Source: the human T2T-CHM13v2.0 reference genome, Homo sapiens
NCBI RefSeq assembly: GCF_009914755.1
Contig: NC_060943.1
Length of the DNA: 64,000 bases
Strand: one strand, 5' to 3'
A program made the position numbers and the translations under genes. The notes beneath the pieces are model-generated. The model did no database searches, was not told where the DNA came from, and was given only the letters and a program-made list of their open reading frames with translations. This document shows positions 38,890 to 58,497 of this stretch, one piece after another (position 1 is the first letter of the stretch; each line of letters starts with the position of its first letter).

Positions 38890-39737
38890 GAGTGGGAAAC
38901 GTGTCCGCCGGCGTGATTATCAAATTTCCTGGGAGATCTTCAAGTCCGCCCTTAGCCACTGCGTACTAACGGTAGAATTTAACTCCATTCCACAAATAAA
39001 CACAAAGTATTTTTTATGATTATTTTTGAACTTGTAAAATTTGTTTTTTGATTTCTTGAGACCATTGTTTAAGCTGTAGCATAAGTTACACACTTCTCTA
39101 AAGCCTCCCAATTCTTTTTTTTTTTAGGAACAAGGTCTCCCTCGCCGCTCAGGCTGGAATGCAGTGGCACGATCAGAGCTCATTGCAGCCTTGAAGTCCT
39201 GAAGCTCCAGACTCTTTTTTTTGTTTTTTGAAACGCAGTCTCGCTTTGTCGCCCAGGCTGGAGTACAGTGGTGTGATCTCGGCTCACTGCAACCTCTGCC
39301 TCCCAAGTTCAAGCAATTCTCTAATTCTCTGCCTCAGCCTCCTGAGTAGCTGGGATGACAGGCGCCCGCCACCATGCCCGGCTAATTTTTTTGTATTTTT
39401 ACTACAGACGGGTTTCACCATCTTGGCCAGGGTGGTCTTGAAATCCTGACCTCGTGATCCACCTGCTTTGGCCTCTCAACGTGCTGCGATTACAGGCATA
39501 AGCCACCGCACCTGGCCCTCTTTTTTTTTTTTTTTGAGACAGAGTCTGGCTCTGTCCCCCAGGCTGGAGTGTGATCTCGGCTCCCTGCAACTCTGCCTCC
39601 CTGTTCCAGTGATTCTCTTGCCTCAGCCCCCGGAGTAGCTGGGATTACAGGCGCACGCCACCACGCCCGGCTAATTTTTGTATTTTTAGTAGAGACAGGG
39701 TTTCATCATGTTGGCCAGGCTGGTCTAGAACTCCTGA

Positions 39738-40045
<308 letters not shown>

Positions 40046-40330
40046 TGATCCGCCCGCCTCAACCTCCCAAAGTTCTGGGATTACAGGCGTGAGCCACCGC
40101 GCCCAGCCTTTTTTTTTTTTTTTTTTTAATGTATTTGCTTGTCGTTAATGGGATAGTAATAAGGTTGAGGTTTTTGTTAAGGGGAGTTTACTTATCATTA
40201 AACTCTGTAGTTACTACTACAAGGAAACTCTTCCCAAGTACATTAAACACTAGGTTTTATAATATTTGCCACACTGCCAATAAATTCTGTTCACATATTA
40301 AGTATGACAAGTCCACTATATGTAACATGT

Positions 40331-41430
<1,100 letters not shown>

Positions 41431-41433
41431 TGA

Positions 41434-41679
<246 letters not shown>

Positions 41680-42765
41680 TAACCAGGATGGTTTCGATCT
41701 CCTGACCTCGTGATCCATCCAGCTCCGCCTCCCAAAGTACTGGGATTACAGGCCTGAGCCACCGCGCCCAGCTTTTTTTTTTTTTTTTTTTTTTTTAATA
41801 GAGATGGGGATGGGAGGGGTCTCACTACTATGCCCAGGCTGGTGACAAACTTCTGGGCTCAAGTGATCTACCCTCCTTGGCCTCCCAAAGTGCTGGGATT
41901 ACAGGAGTCAGCCACCGCACCTGGCCCCTCCCAAACTCTTAAGTGCAGAACTCCATGTAACCAGCACCTAGGTGGAGAAACAGAACGTTCTTAGCCCCAT
42001 TTCCTGACCCTGATTACCCTAATTACCCTCAGGGTAATCATTATCGTGAATTCTAACACCAGAGATTAGTTTTGCTTGTTTTAGAATTTCATATAAATGG
42101 ACCATGAAATATGTTCTCTTTGGTGTCTGTATGCCTTTGTTATGCAGCCTAATGTTTGCAAGATTCATGCATGTTCTTGTTTACTTTTCCTTTTTTTTCC
42201 TTTCTTTCTTTCTTCCCCCGCCTCCCCCGCCTCCCCACAGAGCCTGGCTCTGTTGCCCAGGCTTGAGACTCAGCCTCCCAAGTAGCTGGGATTACAGGCC
42301 CAGTGCCACCACGCCCGGCTAATTTTTGTATTTTTAGTAGAGACGGGGTTTCACCATGTTGGCCAGGCTGGTCTCGATCTCCCTATCTCAGGTGATCCAC
42401 CTGCCTCGGCCGCCCAAAGTGCTGGGATTACAGGTGCGAGCCACTGTGCCCAGCCTTGACTTCCTTCCTTCCTTCCTTTCGAGACAGGGGTCTCACTTTG
42501 TTGTCGCTCAGTCTGGCGTTGAACTCCTGGCCTCTAGTGATCCTCCCACCTTGGCCTCCCCAGTGCTGGTGCACCACTGCACCCTGCTGATTGATCACTT
42601 TCAGTGTTGCAGAGTCTTTCACTGTGTAAAGACAGGATCATAACTCACTGCAATCTCGACCTCCTGGGCTCAAGCAATCCTTCTGCCTCAGCCTCCTGAG
42701 TAGCTAGGACCATGTGCCACCATGCCTGGCTAATTTTATTTTATTTTATTATTATTACTTTTTAA

Positions 42766-42909
<144 letters not shown>

Positions 42910-42984
42910 TGAGTAAGCTGGGATCACAGGCGTGCACCACCACGCCCGGCTAATTTTTTTTTGTTTTTTGTTTTTTGTTTTTGA

Positions 42985-43682
<698 letters not shown>

Positions 43683-43704
43683 TGACGCGATCTCGGCTCA
43701 CTGA

Positions 43705-44110
<406 letters not shown>

Positions 44111-45199
44111 GATAAGAACACGGAGTTTGAGGATGCACAAAAGGGAGTGATGTGGCTGGAGAGGGCAGCAGCGGTGACACACACACCACTCAGGCTCCAT
44201 CAAGTCAGCTCTCCCCAGGGTGCTCTGGGCAGCCTCTTTCTGTCAGAACAGTTGCCATAGTTTGAATGTGTCCGTCGAAGTTCATGTGTTGAAAACAGTC
44301 GGCAGGGCGCGGTAGCTCACGCCTGTAATCCCAGCACTTTGGGAGGCCGAGGCAGGTGGATCACGAGGTCAGGAGTTCAAGACCAGCCTGGTCAAAACGG
44401 TGAAACCCTGTCTCTACTAAAAATACAAAAAAAAGTAGCCAGACATGGTGGCAGATGCCTGTAATCCCAGCTACTCAGGAGGCTGAGGCAGCGAATTGCT
44501 TCAACCTGGGAGGCGGAGGTTGCAGTGAGGCGAGATTGCGCCATCGCACTCCAGCCTGGGCAAAAAGAGCAAAACCTGTCTTAGAAAAACAAACAAACAA
44601 ACAAAATATATATATATATTTATACAAACACATACACACACATATATGGAGAGAGAGAGAGGTGGGGGTCCCACTATGTTGGCCAGGCTGACCTTGAGTG
44701 AGCTCCTGGCCTTAAATGATCCTCCCACCTCTGCCTCCCAAAGTGTTGGAATTACAGGCATGAGCCACTGTATTTGGCCTAATTTTTAATTTTTTTTGTG
44801 GAGACTAGGTCTCACTCTATTGCCCAGACTGGTTTCAAATTCCCGAGCTGAAGTGATCTGCCCACCTTGGCCTCCCAAAGTTCTGGGATTACAGGCATGA
44901 GTCACCGCACTGGCCTCAAGTGAATTTCGTTACATGCATAGATTGCTATTTGGACAATTATAAGAGGATTAAGTTTCATTGGTATCTCTGAAAGGCTGTG
45001 AACAGTAGCCTTAGAAATGGTAAGGAATTACCAGGTACTTCCACTTTCTATGTCTTAAATCACAAAATAAAATGACTGGCACTACAGGCAATCTGGTCTG
45101 TCCACTTATAACTGTCATTCACCTTAACTGAGGGTATTCTGTAGCATTCATCATCATTTGTCACAATACCTTTATTATTTATTTATTTATTTATTCTGA

Positions 45200-45391
<192 letters not shown>

Positions 45392-45603
45392 TAACCTCCT
45401 GGACTCTGCAGCTATTCAGCTGCTGTTGCTTTGAGTATCTTCTAGTTTTGGGAATGCACCAAGCTCATTCACCACAGGGCCTTTGCATAGGTTGTGTCCT
45501 TGGCCTGCACAGGCAGCCTCTCACCCTCCGGCCTCTCCTGCCCCTCTTGCCAGGCATCTCCCACAGGTGCTGCTATTTCCCATTTACTTGTGTCTTCCCT
45601 TAG

Positions 45604-46092
<489 letters not shown>

Positions 46093-46384
46093 TTTATGAT
46101 TTCATTTACTTATTTATTTTCGATACGGAGTCTCACTTTGTCGCCCAGGCTGGAGTGCAGTGGCACGATCTTGCCTCACTGCAACCTCTGCCTCCCAGGT
46201 TCAAGCAATTCTCTATCTCAGCCTCCCAAGTAGCTGGGATTACAGGCATCTGCCACCATGCTTGGCTAAATTTTGTATTTTTAGTAAAGACGGGGTTTCA
46301 CCATGTTAGCCAGGCTGGTCTCGAACTCCTGACCTTGTGATCCACCTGCCTCGGCCTCCCAAAGTGCTGGGATTACAGGCATGA

Positions 46385-46582
<198 letters not shown>

Positions 46583-46687
46583 TAGTAGAGACAGGGTTTC
46601 ACCACGTTGGTCAGGCTGGTCTCAAACTCCTGACCTCGGGTGATCCACCCGCCTCGGACTCCCAAAGTGCTGGGATTACAGGCGTGA

Positions 46688-47610
<923 letters not shown>

Positions 47611-47689
47611 TGAAGAAAGAGGTAGAGGCCAGGGAGTGAGGACGGTGTCTCCTTTTCCTGGAAGTTGGTAATTCAGGCAGAAGGAAGTT

Positions 47690-47850
47690 GGATGAGCTTG
47701 CGGAACACCCGGGGGGCCAGTCGGCCCCGCTCCCGCATCCATCGCGGAGGCGCGGCCCCTTTAAGGCTCCCGGAAACGGTCCCACAGGACCGGAAGTGAC
47801 CCTCTTTATTTCCCTTCCTCACGTGGTGCAGGCAGGAAGTGACGCGCCTG
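47690..47850 (+). promoter_or_regulatory. CCDC9: CCDC9 CpG-island promoter (ETS and E-box, no canonical TATA)
   Basis: CCGGAAGTGAC 47790-47800, CACGTG 47820-47825, CAGGAAGTGAC 47833-47843. Confidence 0.8.
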
Positions 47851-47918
47851 GCCCGGGAGCTGCGGTCGCAGAGGCCGACGGAGCCGGAGTCGCGGACGCC
47901 GCGGGGTCTCCGGGACAG
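47850..47918 (+). other. CCDC9: CCDC9 non-coding exon 1 (start approximate)
   Basis: CAG|gtgacc donor at 47918/47919, immediately downstream of the promoter motifs. Confidence 0.7.
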
Positions 47919-49734
47919 GTGACCGGGGGGAGGGGGCCGGGAGCGCGCCCAGAGAAGGCGGGGCCTGAAGCCCCACGTGGCGGGGAGTGCGAACAGGCCC
48001 GGGCGGGGTGGGGAGCCGCCGGCGGGGGCGGGGTCGGAGTTCTCTGCGGGGGGCGGGGACAGGACGCCCACATGGGAAGCTGGAGGGGCGCTGGCGGGGC
48101 GGGCCGTTGGGTGGGTGGGCAGGGTCGGGGCGGGGCGTGGCCAGAGCCTGGGCCGGCGGCTGTGGGCGGGACCTAAAAGTTGTGGCTGGACTGTGGGCGG
48201 GGCCATAGTGTTGCTTGTTCAGCTGTGTGGCGGGGCTCGGACGCCGGGCGGAAGCTCTGTGGGCGGGGCCAGAAAGTTTTGCCTTACTGGAAGTGGGTCC
48301 AGATTGTTGGCCGGGACGTTGGGGGCGGACCCAGAGGCTGACGCAATGGCGGGGGCGGGGCCACAATGTAGTGGGGGAGCCAGGGGGCGGGGCCAGGGTG
48401 CTGGCGGGGAATGCTGGGGGTGGAGCCAGAAAGTTTCGTCTGAGCCACGGGCGCGGCCAGAGCGTTGGCCGGGAGGCGGGGAAGCGGGGAGTTGAGCCAG
48501 AACCCTGGGGAAGCCATGGGCGGGGCCAGATGCTGACGCAACGAGGTGTGGGAGGGAGTCAGGGGGCGTGTCCAGGAGGTTGGCCAGGCCAATCGGAGGC
48601 GGGGCCAGAGGGTTGACTGGGCAGGCCGGGGGCGGGGCTGGAATAATAATAAGAGATGGTAGGGGCGGGTGTAGGCTGTTGCCTGCGAGCCAGGAGGCGG
48701 GGAAAGAGAGTGGCTGGGAAAGTCGGGAGCGGGGCCACATTAATGGCCCATGGGTGGGGGCGGGGCCAGAAGTCTGGCGGGAAAGGCGGGGCCAGAAAGT
48801 TTTTTCCCGAGCCGTGGGCGGGGCCAGAGCGGTTTCCAGGATGTCGGGGACGTGGCCCTGGCATTCCCAGCCGGATTGAGGCTGGAGCTTTGCACAGAAA
48901 ATCTGGGGCGGGCCTGGGTAGTTTTGTCCTTGTTGGGGCGGGTGGAGTATTCAGTGGGGCAAAACGCCAGTTCCAGGAAGCCTCGCCAGTGAGTTCTGGG
49001 CCTGTGTACAGAATCCTTTCGGGGGAGGCGGGAGGCTGTCGACCTTCCGTAGGGCGCTGGAGACGGGACTAGGACGTCCCTGAGGAAGGCGCGGGCTTGG
49101 AATGTTCTCTGAGAGCTTGGGCAGCCAATAAGAGTGGGGTTCGGACTTTCTTTGAGCGTGGGATTGGGAATGTTTCTGAACCTTACCTGGTGGAGCTAGA
49201 ATATTCGCCTGGATATGAGAGGCACCAGGATGAGCACAGGGAGGTGGGTCTGGAACTTTCTTTTGCAGGCTGGTTGGAGGGGTTGTAGTTGGAACTCTCT
49301 TGAGATAGGGAACCCGGGCTAACACTCATACCACAGGGTGTGGCGGCTGGCCTAGAATCAGCCTTTGGAGGAGAGCAGTGTTGGATACTTAAGCAGTGGG
49401 TGGGGGCCAGAACATCCCCAAGGTGGGTTTGACTAGATCGTTTACATGGGAACTGGGTGAGTCCACAAAGATCATGAAAGGGCTGAGTCTGAATTTCTAT
49501 GGAGAAGATGGAGGTGGCAGTTGAAAGGAGGGAGAGTGAGGGCTACAATTCTCTTGGGGTACAGGGTTTTTTGTGTATGGCTGTGAGGATCCCGCAGTAT
49601 GTTAGAGGGTGAAGTAGGTCGGGGGGCCATTGGCCTTTGTCCTTTTTTTCCCTCTGTCCCCAGGAACCCTCAGTGCTGCGTCTAGATTCTGCAGGGGAGG
49701 TTTGCTGGGACCTTGGCTCCACCCAGCCAGCGAA

Positions 49735-49737
49735 ATG
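49735..49737 (+). CDS. CCDC9: CCDC9 exon 2 (49664-49737), contributing only the ATG
   Basis: tccccag| acceptor at 49663 and GAAATG|gtgagg donor. It joins exon 3 to give MAATLDLKSKEEKD. Confidence 0.88.
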
Positions 49738-49892
49738 GTGAGGCTGAAAAATGGGGTCTCTAGAATCTGAGTTTTGGGGAAGGGGGCTTGGGAGGATGGG
49801 ATCCATAGGGGCAGACTCTCAGACCCTGGGGGAAAGTCCCTGGTATGGATGGAGGTTTTTCCTTCCATCCCTCAACTGCCTCCCGGTCTCAG

Positions 49893-49997
49893 GCAGCCAC
49901 ACTCGATTTGAAATCAAAGGAGGAGAAGGATGCTGAGTTGGACAAGAGGATCGAGGCTCTTCGGCGGAAGAATGAGGCCCTCATCCGGCGCTACCAG
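49893..49997 (+). CDS. CCDC9: CCDC9 exon 3
   Basis: AG/GT-bounded, 105 nt: AATLDLKSKEEKDAELDKRIEALRRKNEALIRRYQ (coiled coil). Confidence 0.95.
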
Positions 49998-51654
49998 GTG
50001 CCCTAGCCCCGCCCTGGGAGACCCCATCCCCTCTCTTCCCCGCAGTGAGTTTTTCTCACCTCTCCCTTCCTTAAAACCTTTTCATGGCTCCCCATCACTG
50101 TCAGGATAAAGGCCAAAGGCCTTAGCCTGACATCCCTTCTTTCATTCCATTATTCATTCATTCATTCATCTGTTCACAAATATTCCCCAAGATCTTTACC
50201 AGCCCCAGTGCTGAGTGGTGCTGGGGATATAGCTGTGACTGAGACAGACCCAGGCCTGCCCCCTCCAGGGTCCACCGTCTAGTCAGGGAGACAGCCCTGT
50301 CCTCAGGGATGCCCCAGAGCAGACAAGTCTGGAATCAGGAAATTCAGGGGTCTGTGGGAGTCCAGAGGAGGCTCTTGACCCAGCCTTGGGGATATCAGGG
50401 AGGGCTTCCTGGAGGAGTGGACTCTGAGGCTTGAGTGGTGAGTAGACAATAGCCAGTTGAAAAGGCGAGGGGAACATGTTTCAGGCAGAAAGAACAGTTT
50501 GTGCAAATGTTGGAAGCAAGAGAGAGCTTGGAGCTTCAAGTTGGAGGGTTGGTTAGGAGAGAATTGACCTGGGCAGGTCAGCAGGGGCCAGGCTGTGCTA
50601 GGCCCTGAATGCCACCAGGATGAGTTTGGACTTTGTCCTGAGGGCACTGGGGAGCCAGGGAGAGCCTTGAGCAGGGGTGGGACCGGTCAGAACAGCTCTT
50701 TAGGAAGACGCCTCTGGGTGCTGTGCGGTGGTGGGTGCGAGGAGGTGATACTGGAGCCCAGAGACCAAGGAGGAAGCTGGGGCTGGAACCCTAGTGGGAG
50801 AGGAGGTACCTGGCTCAGGGCAGGGCTGTTGAGAGGGACTCAGTTACTGATGGGCAGTTCAGGGCAGGGGGAGGAAGAGGGAGGATTTAGGACAAGGCTG
50901 CTGAGTAGGTGATGTGGCTCTCCCTGAGATGGGATCTGGGAGGTGGCATGGGTTTCATTTATTCATTCTTCATGTATTCATTCATTTTAAAAAAGGCATA
51001 TTGAATTTCCCTTGTGGGCCAGGCAGCGTTCTAGACTTGGGATACACGTCAGTGACATACATCACTGAAAGCAGACAGACATTCCTGTCCCCAGGCAGAT
51101 TCTGCCGTAGTGGAGGAAGCAGACAGTGAGCGAGACGCATATGGTGCTGGGTGCAAATGGGATGAGAACAGAGAGGGTGGCAGGGGAGCTGGTTTCCACA
51201 GGGCGCTCAGGGAAGGCCTCACGAGAAGGCAGCATTGGAGCAGAGACCTACAGGAGGTGAGGGGTTGGAGGGTCTCTGGGAAAAGTGTTCCTGGCAGAGG
51301 GATCCGCTGGCGCAAAGCCCCTGAGGCAGGTTTCAGCCTGGTATGTTCTGGGAATAGCAAGAAAGCCGGAGTGATCGTGGGGAGAGGGTGAGAGATGAGG
51401 TCGGGGAGGTACCAAGGCCAGACCCCACGGGTCCCACAGGCTGTGGGGAAGGCTGTTACTCAGAGGGGCACCACAGGAACGTTCTGAGTGGGGCTGCAAC
51501 GTGCTGAGGTTTGAGGGATATGAGCGGCCTTCTTGTTCAGAGTCCAGGAGAGAGGCCTGGGCTGGGGCCAGACTTAGGAGGAGTTCAGGGGTCTGGGAGT
51601 CCGTCTGGCAGACAGGGCACCTGATGCTTCCCTACCCCGGCTGTCTGCTTCTAG

Positions 51655-51756
51655 GAGATTGAGGAAGACCGTAAGAAAGCTGAACTTGAGGGAGTCGCAG
51701 TCACAGCTCCCCGAAAGGGCCGCTCAGTGGAGAAGGAGAACGTGGCAGTGGAGTCG
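51655..51756 (+). CDS. CCDC9: CCDC9 exon 4
   Basis: AG/GT-bounded, 102 nt: EIEEDRKKAELEGVAVTAPRKGRSVEKENVAVES. Confidence 0.94.
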
Positions 51757-51921
51757 GTGAGCTCGTCACTGGGGTGTGGGACCCTGAGGATGGGGAGGGG
51801 CAGAGGGTTGAGGCCTGGGACCCAGGAGCCCCCAGCTGTCCTGCACCAGTGGGTGGCCTCCATCCTGGCCGCATGCCTCCCTGCCCCAGTGACTGTATTT
51901 TCCCCATCTCCCCTCTTCCAG

Positions 51922-52173
51922 GAGAAGAACCTGGGTCCTTCCCGGAGGTCTCCTGGGACCCCTCGGCCCCCAGGGGCCAGCAAGGGGGGCCGGACTCCTC
52001 CACAGCAGGGAGGCCGGGCCGGCATGGGCCGAGCATCGCGCAGCTGGGAGGGCAGCCCCGGGGAGCAGCCTCGAGGAGGAGGAGCTGGGGGCCGTGGCCG
52101 GAGGGGCCGGGGCCGAGGTTCACCTCACCTCTCTGGAGCTGGAGACACCTCAATCTCTGACCGTAAATCCAAG
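51922..52173 (+). CDS. CCDC9: CCDC9 exon 5 (RG/RGG-rich)
   Basis: 252 nt: EKNLGPSRRSPG...RGGGAGGRGRRGRGRGSP...SDRKSK, ending at AAG|gtagga. Confidence 0.94.
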
Positions 52174-52840
52174 GTAGGAGCTAGGCAGCGCCTGGAGCCC
52201 TGGCTGAGGTTCTCTGTTGTCTGTTTCTGTTTTTTCCTCCTCTCAGATGCACATTTGTCCTGTGTGTCCATCTTTCAGTATCTCTCTCTGAGCCTTTGCA
52301 TCTGGCTCTGTTTCTCTCTTCCTCCACCTCCTTCTCCTCCTCCTGCTCCCCCTCTTCTAGTTCCCCCTGTTCCTTCCCTCTCACGCCTAGAGCTCGCGTG
52401 TTTTTCCTTGTCTCTTTCTCTCCTACTCCTGCTCCCCGTTTTCTTGTTCCTCCTCGCCTTCCTTCCCTCCCCTCTCCTGCTTAGTGCTGCGTGTCCCTCC
52501 CTGTCCCTCTCTGTCTCCCTTTTTCTCGCTCTCTGGTGCATGCTTGCCCACTCATCCTCCGTCCCCATCTCTCCTCCCTTTCTGGCACTGTGTGTCTGTC
52601 TGGTGGGCTCTCTCTATCTGGTGTGCTTGTGAGCACAGGCTCTGTGTGGCATTCTGTTTCTGTGTGTTTCTCTTGGTCCCCGGCTTTGGTTATGGGGAGC
52701 AGTGATTTTACTGTAACTACCTCACTCACCCCTGACGTGCAGGTCAGCAGGGTGGGAGTCTGTCTAGCTGAGTGGCTTACAGCCCACCGTGGACATGGGT
52801 TGAATCTGGTTCTGTGAGCTACCTGGCCTTGGGCAGCTCA

Positions 52841-53424
<584 letters not shown>

Positions 53425-53444
53425 TCATGACCTAAGTGGAGTAG

Positions 53445-53954
<510 letters not shown>

Positions 53955-54569
53955 TAAGTCTGCTTTATCACTTTTGGTCATGTCCTGTTGGTGAGAACTT
54001 AGACACCTGGTCATACCTAACCTCAAAGGAGACTGGGAAATGAAAACGTTGTCTACAGCTGGCTGGCTATTTGCCCATCTAAAATTTTGTCACTAGCTTG
54101 GTTACTAGTAACAAGTAGTTACTAGCTACTTGGAATGCTGGGTGCTGTGGTATGGGCTTGTGGTCCTAGCTACTTGGGAAGCTAAGGTGGGAGGATCGCT
54201 TGAGCCCAGGAGTTTGAGACCAGGCTGGGCAACAGAGTGAGACCCCATCTCTATAAAAATTTTAAAAATTAACTGGACGTGGTGGTGTGCCCCTGTGGTC
54301 CCAGCTACTTACTTGGGAGGCTGAGCCAGCAGGATCACTTGGGAGGCTGAGCCTGGGAGGTCAAGGATGCAGTGAGCTGTGAACACACCACTACATTCCA
54401 GCCTGGGCAACAGAGTAAGACCCTGTCTCAAAAAAAAAAAAAATCAATAAATTTTTGCTACCATGGAAGGAAGAAGGGGAGAACGGATTGTGGTTGGTGG
54501 GGGTAGGTCACCTAACCATCTGCCAAGTAATTACTGTTATTACCACCACTATGATTGCGGCAACCTTGG

Positions 54570-55750
<1,181 letters not shown>

Positions 55751-55932
55751 CAAGCCTGGCCAGCCAGCCTCATCAGTTCACTGCTGACCTGGAGCACGCT
55801 GAGAGCAAATGGTCAGATGCCAGCAGGCCAGTCCGAGGAGAGGAGCCTCAGGCCTGCTGGGCAGCCCGTCTCCTGCACCGGCAGCTTAATAGTTCTCCCT
55901 GAAGCTGGGTGTCCCTATCTTTATCCCCCCAG

Positions 55933-56016
55933 GAGTGGGAGGAGCGGCGCAGGCAGAACATTGAGAAGATGAATGAGGAGATGGAGAAGATCGCCGAGTA
56001 TGAGCGCAACCAGCGG
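55933..56016 (+). CDS. CCDC9: CCDC9 exon 6
   Basis: 84 nt: [28 protein letters not shown]. Confidence 0.95.
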
Positions 56017-56102
56017 GTCAGTGGTGCGGGTGTCCCCGAGGCAGGGCCGAGCTGCCTGGGCTGCGGGGAGCCCGCGCCAACCCCCTGCTCTGCTGCCTGC
56101 AG

Positions 56103-56276
56103 GAAGGGGTTCTTGAACCCAACCCAGTGCGGAACTTCCTGGACGACCCCCGGCGACGCAGCGGGCCCCTGGAGGAGTCTGAGCGGGACCGCCGGGAGGA
56201 CAGCCGCCGGCACGGCCGCAACTGGGGGGGCCCCGACTTCGAGCGGGTGCGCTGTGGCCTTGAGCACGAGCGGCAG
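56103..56276 (+). CDS. CCDC9: CCDC9 exon 7
   Basis: 174 nt: [22 protein letters not shown]...[19 protein letters not shown]. Confidence 0.95.
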
Positions 56277-56321
56277 GTGGGTGTTGGCAGTGAGGACACC
56301 TCGGGGCTCTCAGGGCTTTGA

Positions 56322-56597
<276 letters not shown>

Positions 56598-57003
56598 TAG
56601 TCTTGAACTCCTGACCTCAAGTGATCCACCTGCCTCGGCCTCCCAAAATGCTGGGATTATAGGTGTGAGCCACTGTGCTTGCCCAGGATTTTAATTATTA
56701 AGGATTTATGGTATGTTTTGTTTCCTGCCAAGGTAAATCTCCCCTCATTGTTAATGACACCAGCATTTATGAGGCACCTACCACATGGCAGGTGCTGTGT
56801 GAGGGGTGGGGACCTGGCCTAGAAGAGGAGGCAGGGGCAGTGTCCTTGCACTTGGTGGTCCACCCCTAAATTGTCCGTCTGTTGGTTCTTCTGTCAGTAC
56901 CACGTGGCTCTAGTTGTTACAGCTTTGTGGTATGTTTGAGGGTTTTCTTGTTACTAACAGTATTGTTTACTGGGCACTTACTATGTGCCAGGTACTGTTT
57001 TAG

Positions 57004-57180
<177 letters not shown>

Positions 57181-57285
57181 TAATTTTTTGTATTTTTAGT
57201 AGAGATGGGGTTTCACCATGTTAGCCAGGATGGTCTCGATCTCCTGACCTCGTGATCTGCCCGCCTCAGCCTCCCAAAGTGCTGA

Positions 57286-57528
<243 letters not shown>

Positions 57529-57938
57529 TAGCCAGGATGGTCTCCATCTCCTGACCTCATGATCCGCCTACCTTGGCCTCCCAAAGTGCTGGGATTACAG
57601 GCGTGAGCCACCGCGCCCGGCGGGAGAAGAGTTTGGAGGCAGAGCCCCTGCCTTGATGAGGTTTCTTCTGGTGGGAGCTGAGTAAATGAAAATATAGTGA
57701 GATGTGAGGTCCTACCAAGTGTTGTGGAGAAAAATCCAGCAGCTGAGGGGACAGAGGGATGCTACTTAGGAGATCTGAGAGGGCCTCTGTGAGGAGGTGC
57801 CACCTGAGCCTAGTTGATTGTGATCTCTGCCTTGTCATCGCTTCCCTGTGTGATCCTGAGCAAGTGGATGTGCCTCGGGGCTTAGGGGCGGGGTAGGGTG
57901 CGGGACATCGCCCTGACTCCCTGTGGGCTGGGGGGCAG

Positions 57939-58120
57939 GGCCGCCGAGCTGGCCTGGGCAGTGCTGGAGACATGACGTTGTCCATGACGGGCCGGGAGCG
58001 GTCGGAGTACCTGCGCTGGAAGCAGGAGAGGGAGAAGATCGACCAGGAGCGGCTGCAGAGGCACCGCAAGCCCACTGGCCAGTGGCGGCGCGAGTGGGAT
58101 GCCGAGAAGACCGATGGGAT
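57939..58120 (+). CDS. CCDC9: CCDC9 exon 8
   Basis: 182 nt: GRRAGLGSAGDMTLSMTGRERSEYLRWKQEREKIDQERLQRHRKPTGQWRREWDAEKTDG, ending at AT|gtgagt. Confidence 0.93.
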
Positions 58121-58281
58121 GTGAGTCTCCTCCCCGCTCCTCTCCCCATGTGGCACGTTGACCTTGGCCCTGACTTCTAAGTCCTATGCCTCTCTCTGGT
58201 TTTTCCTGCTGTGTATGAGTGAGTGACTGCCAAGTATCCTGAGATGCCATGGACCAGCTGCTGGAGCTCAGCGGCACGTGA

Positions 58282-58497
<216 letters not shown>

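Noticed and set aside
52174-52632. Hydrophobic read-through of CCDC9 exon 5 resembling transmembrane segments
   Set aside because: It is a CT-rich intronic tract after a strong AAG|GTAGGA donor, so the Leu/Ser/Phe richness is compositional.
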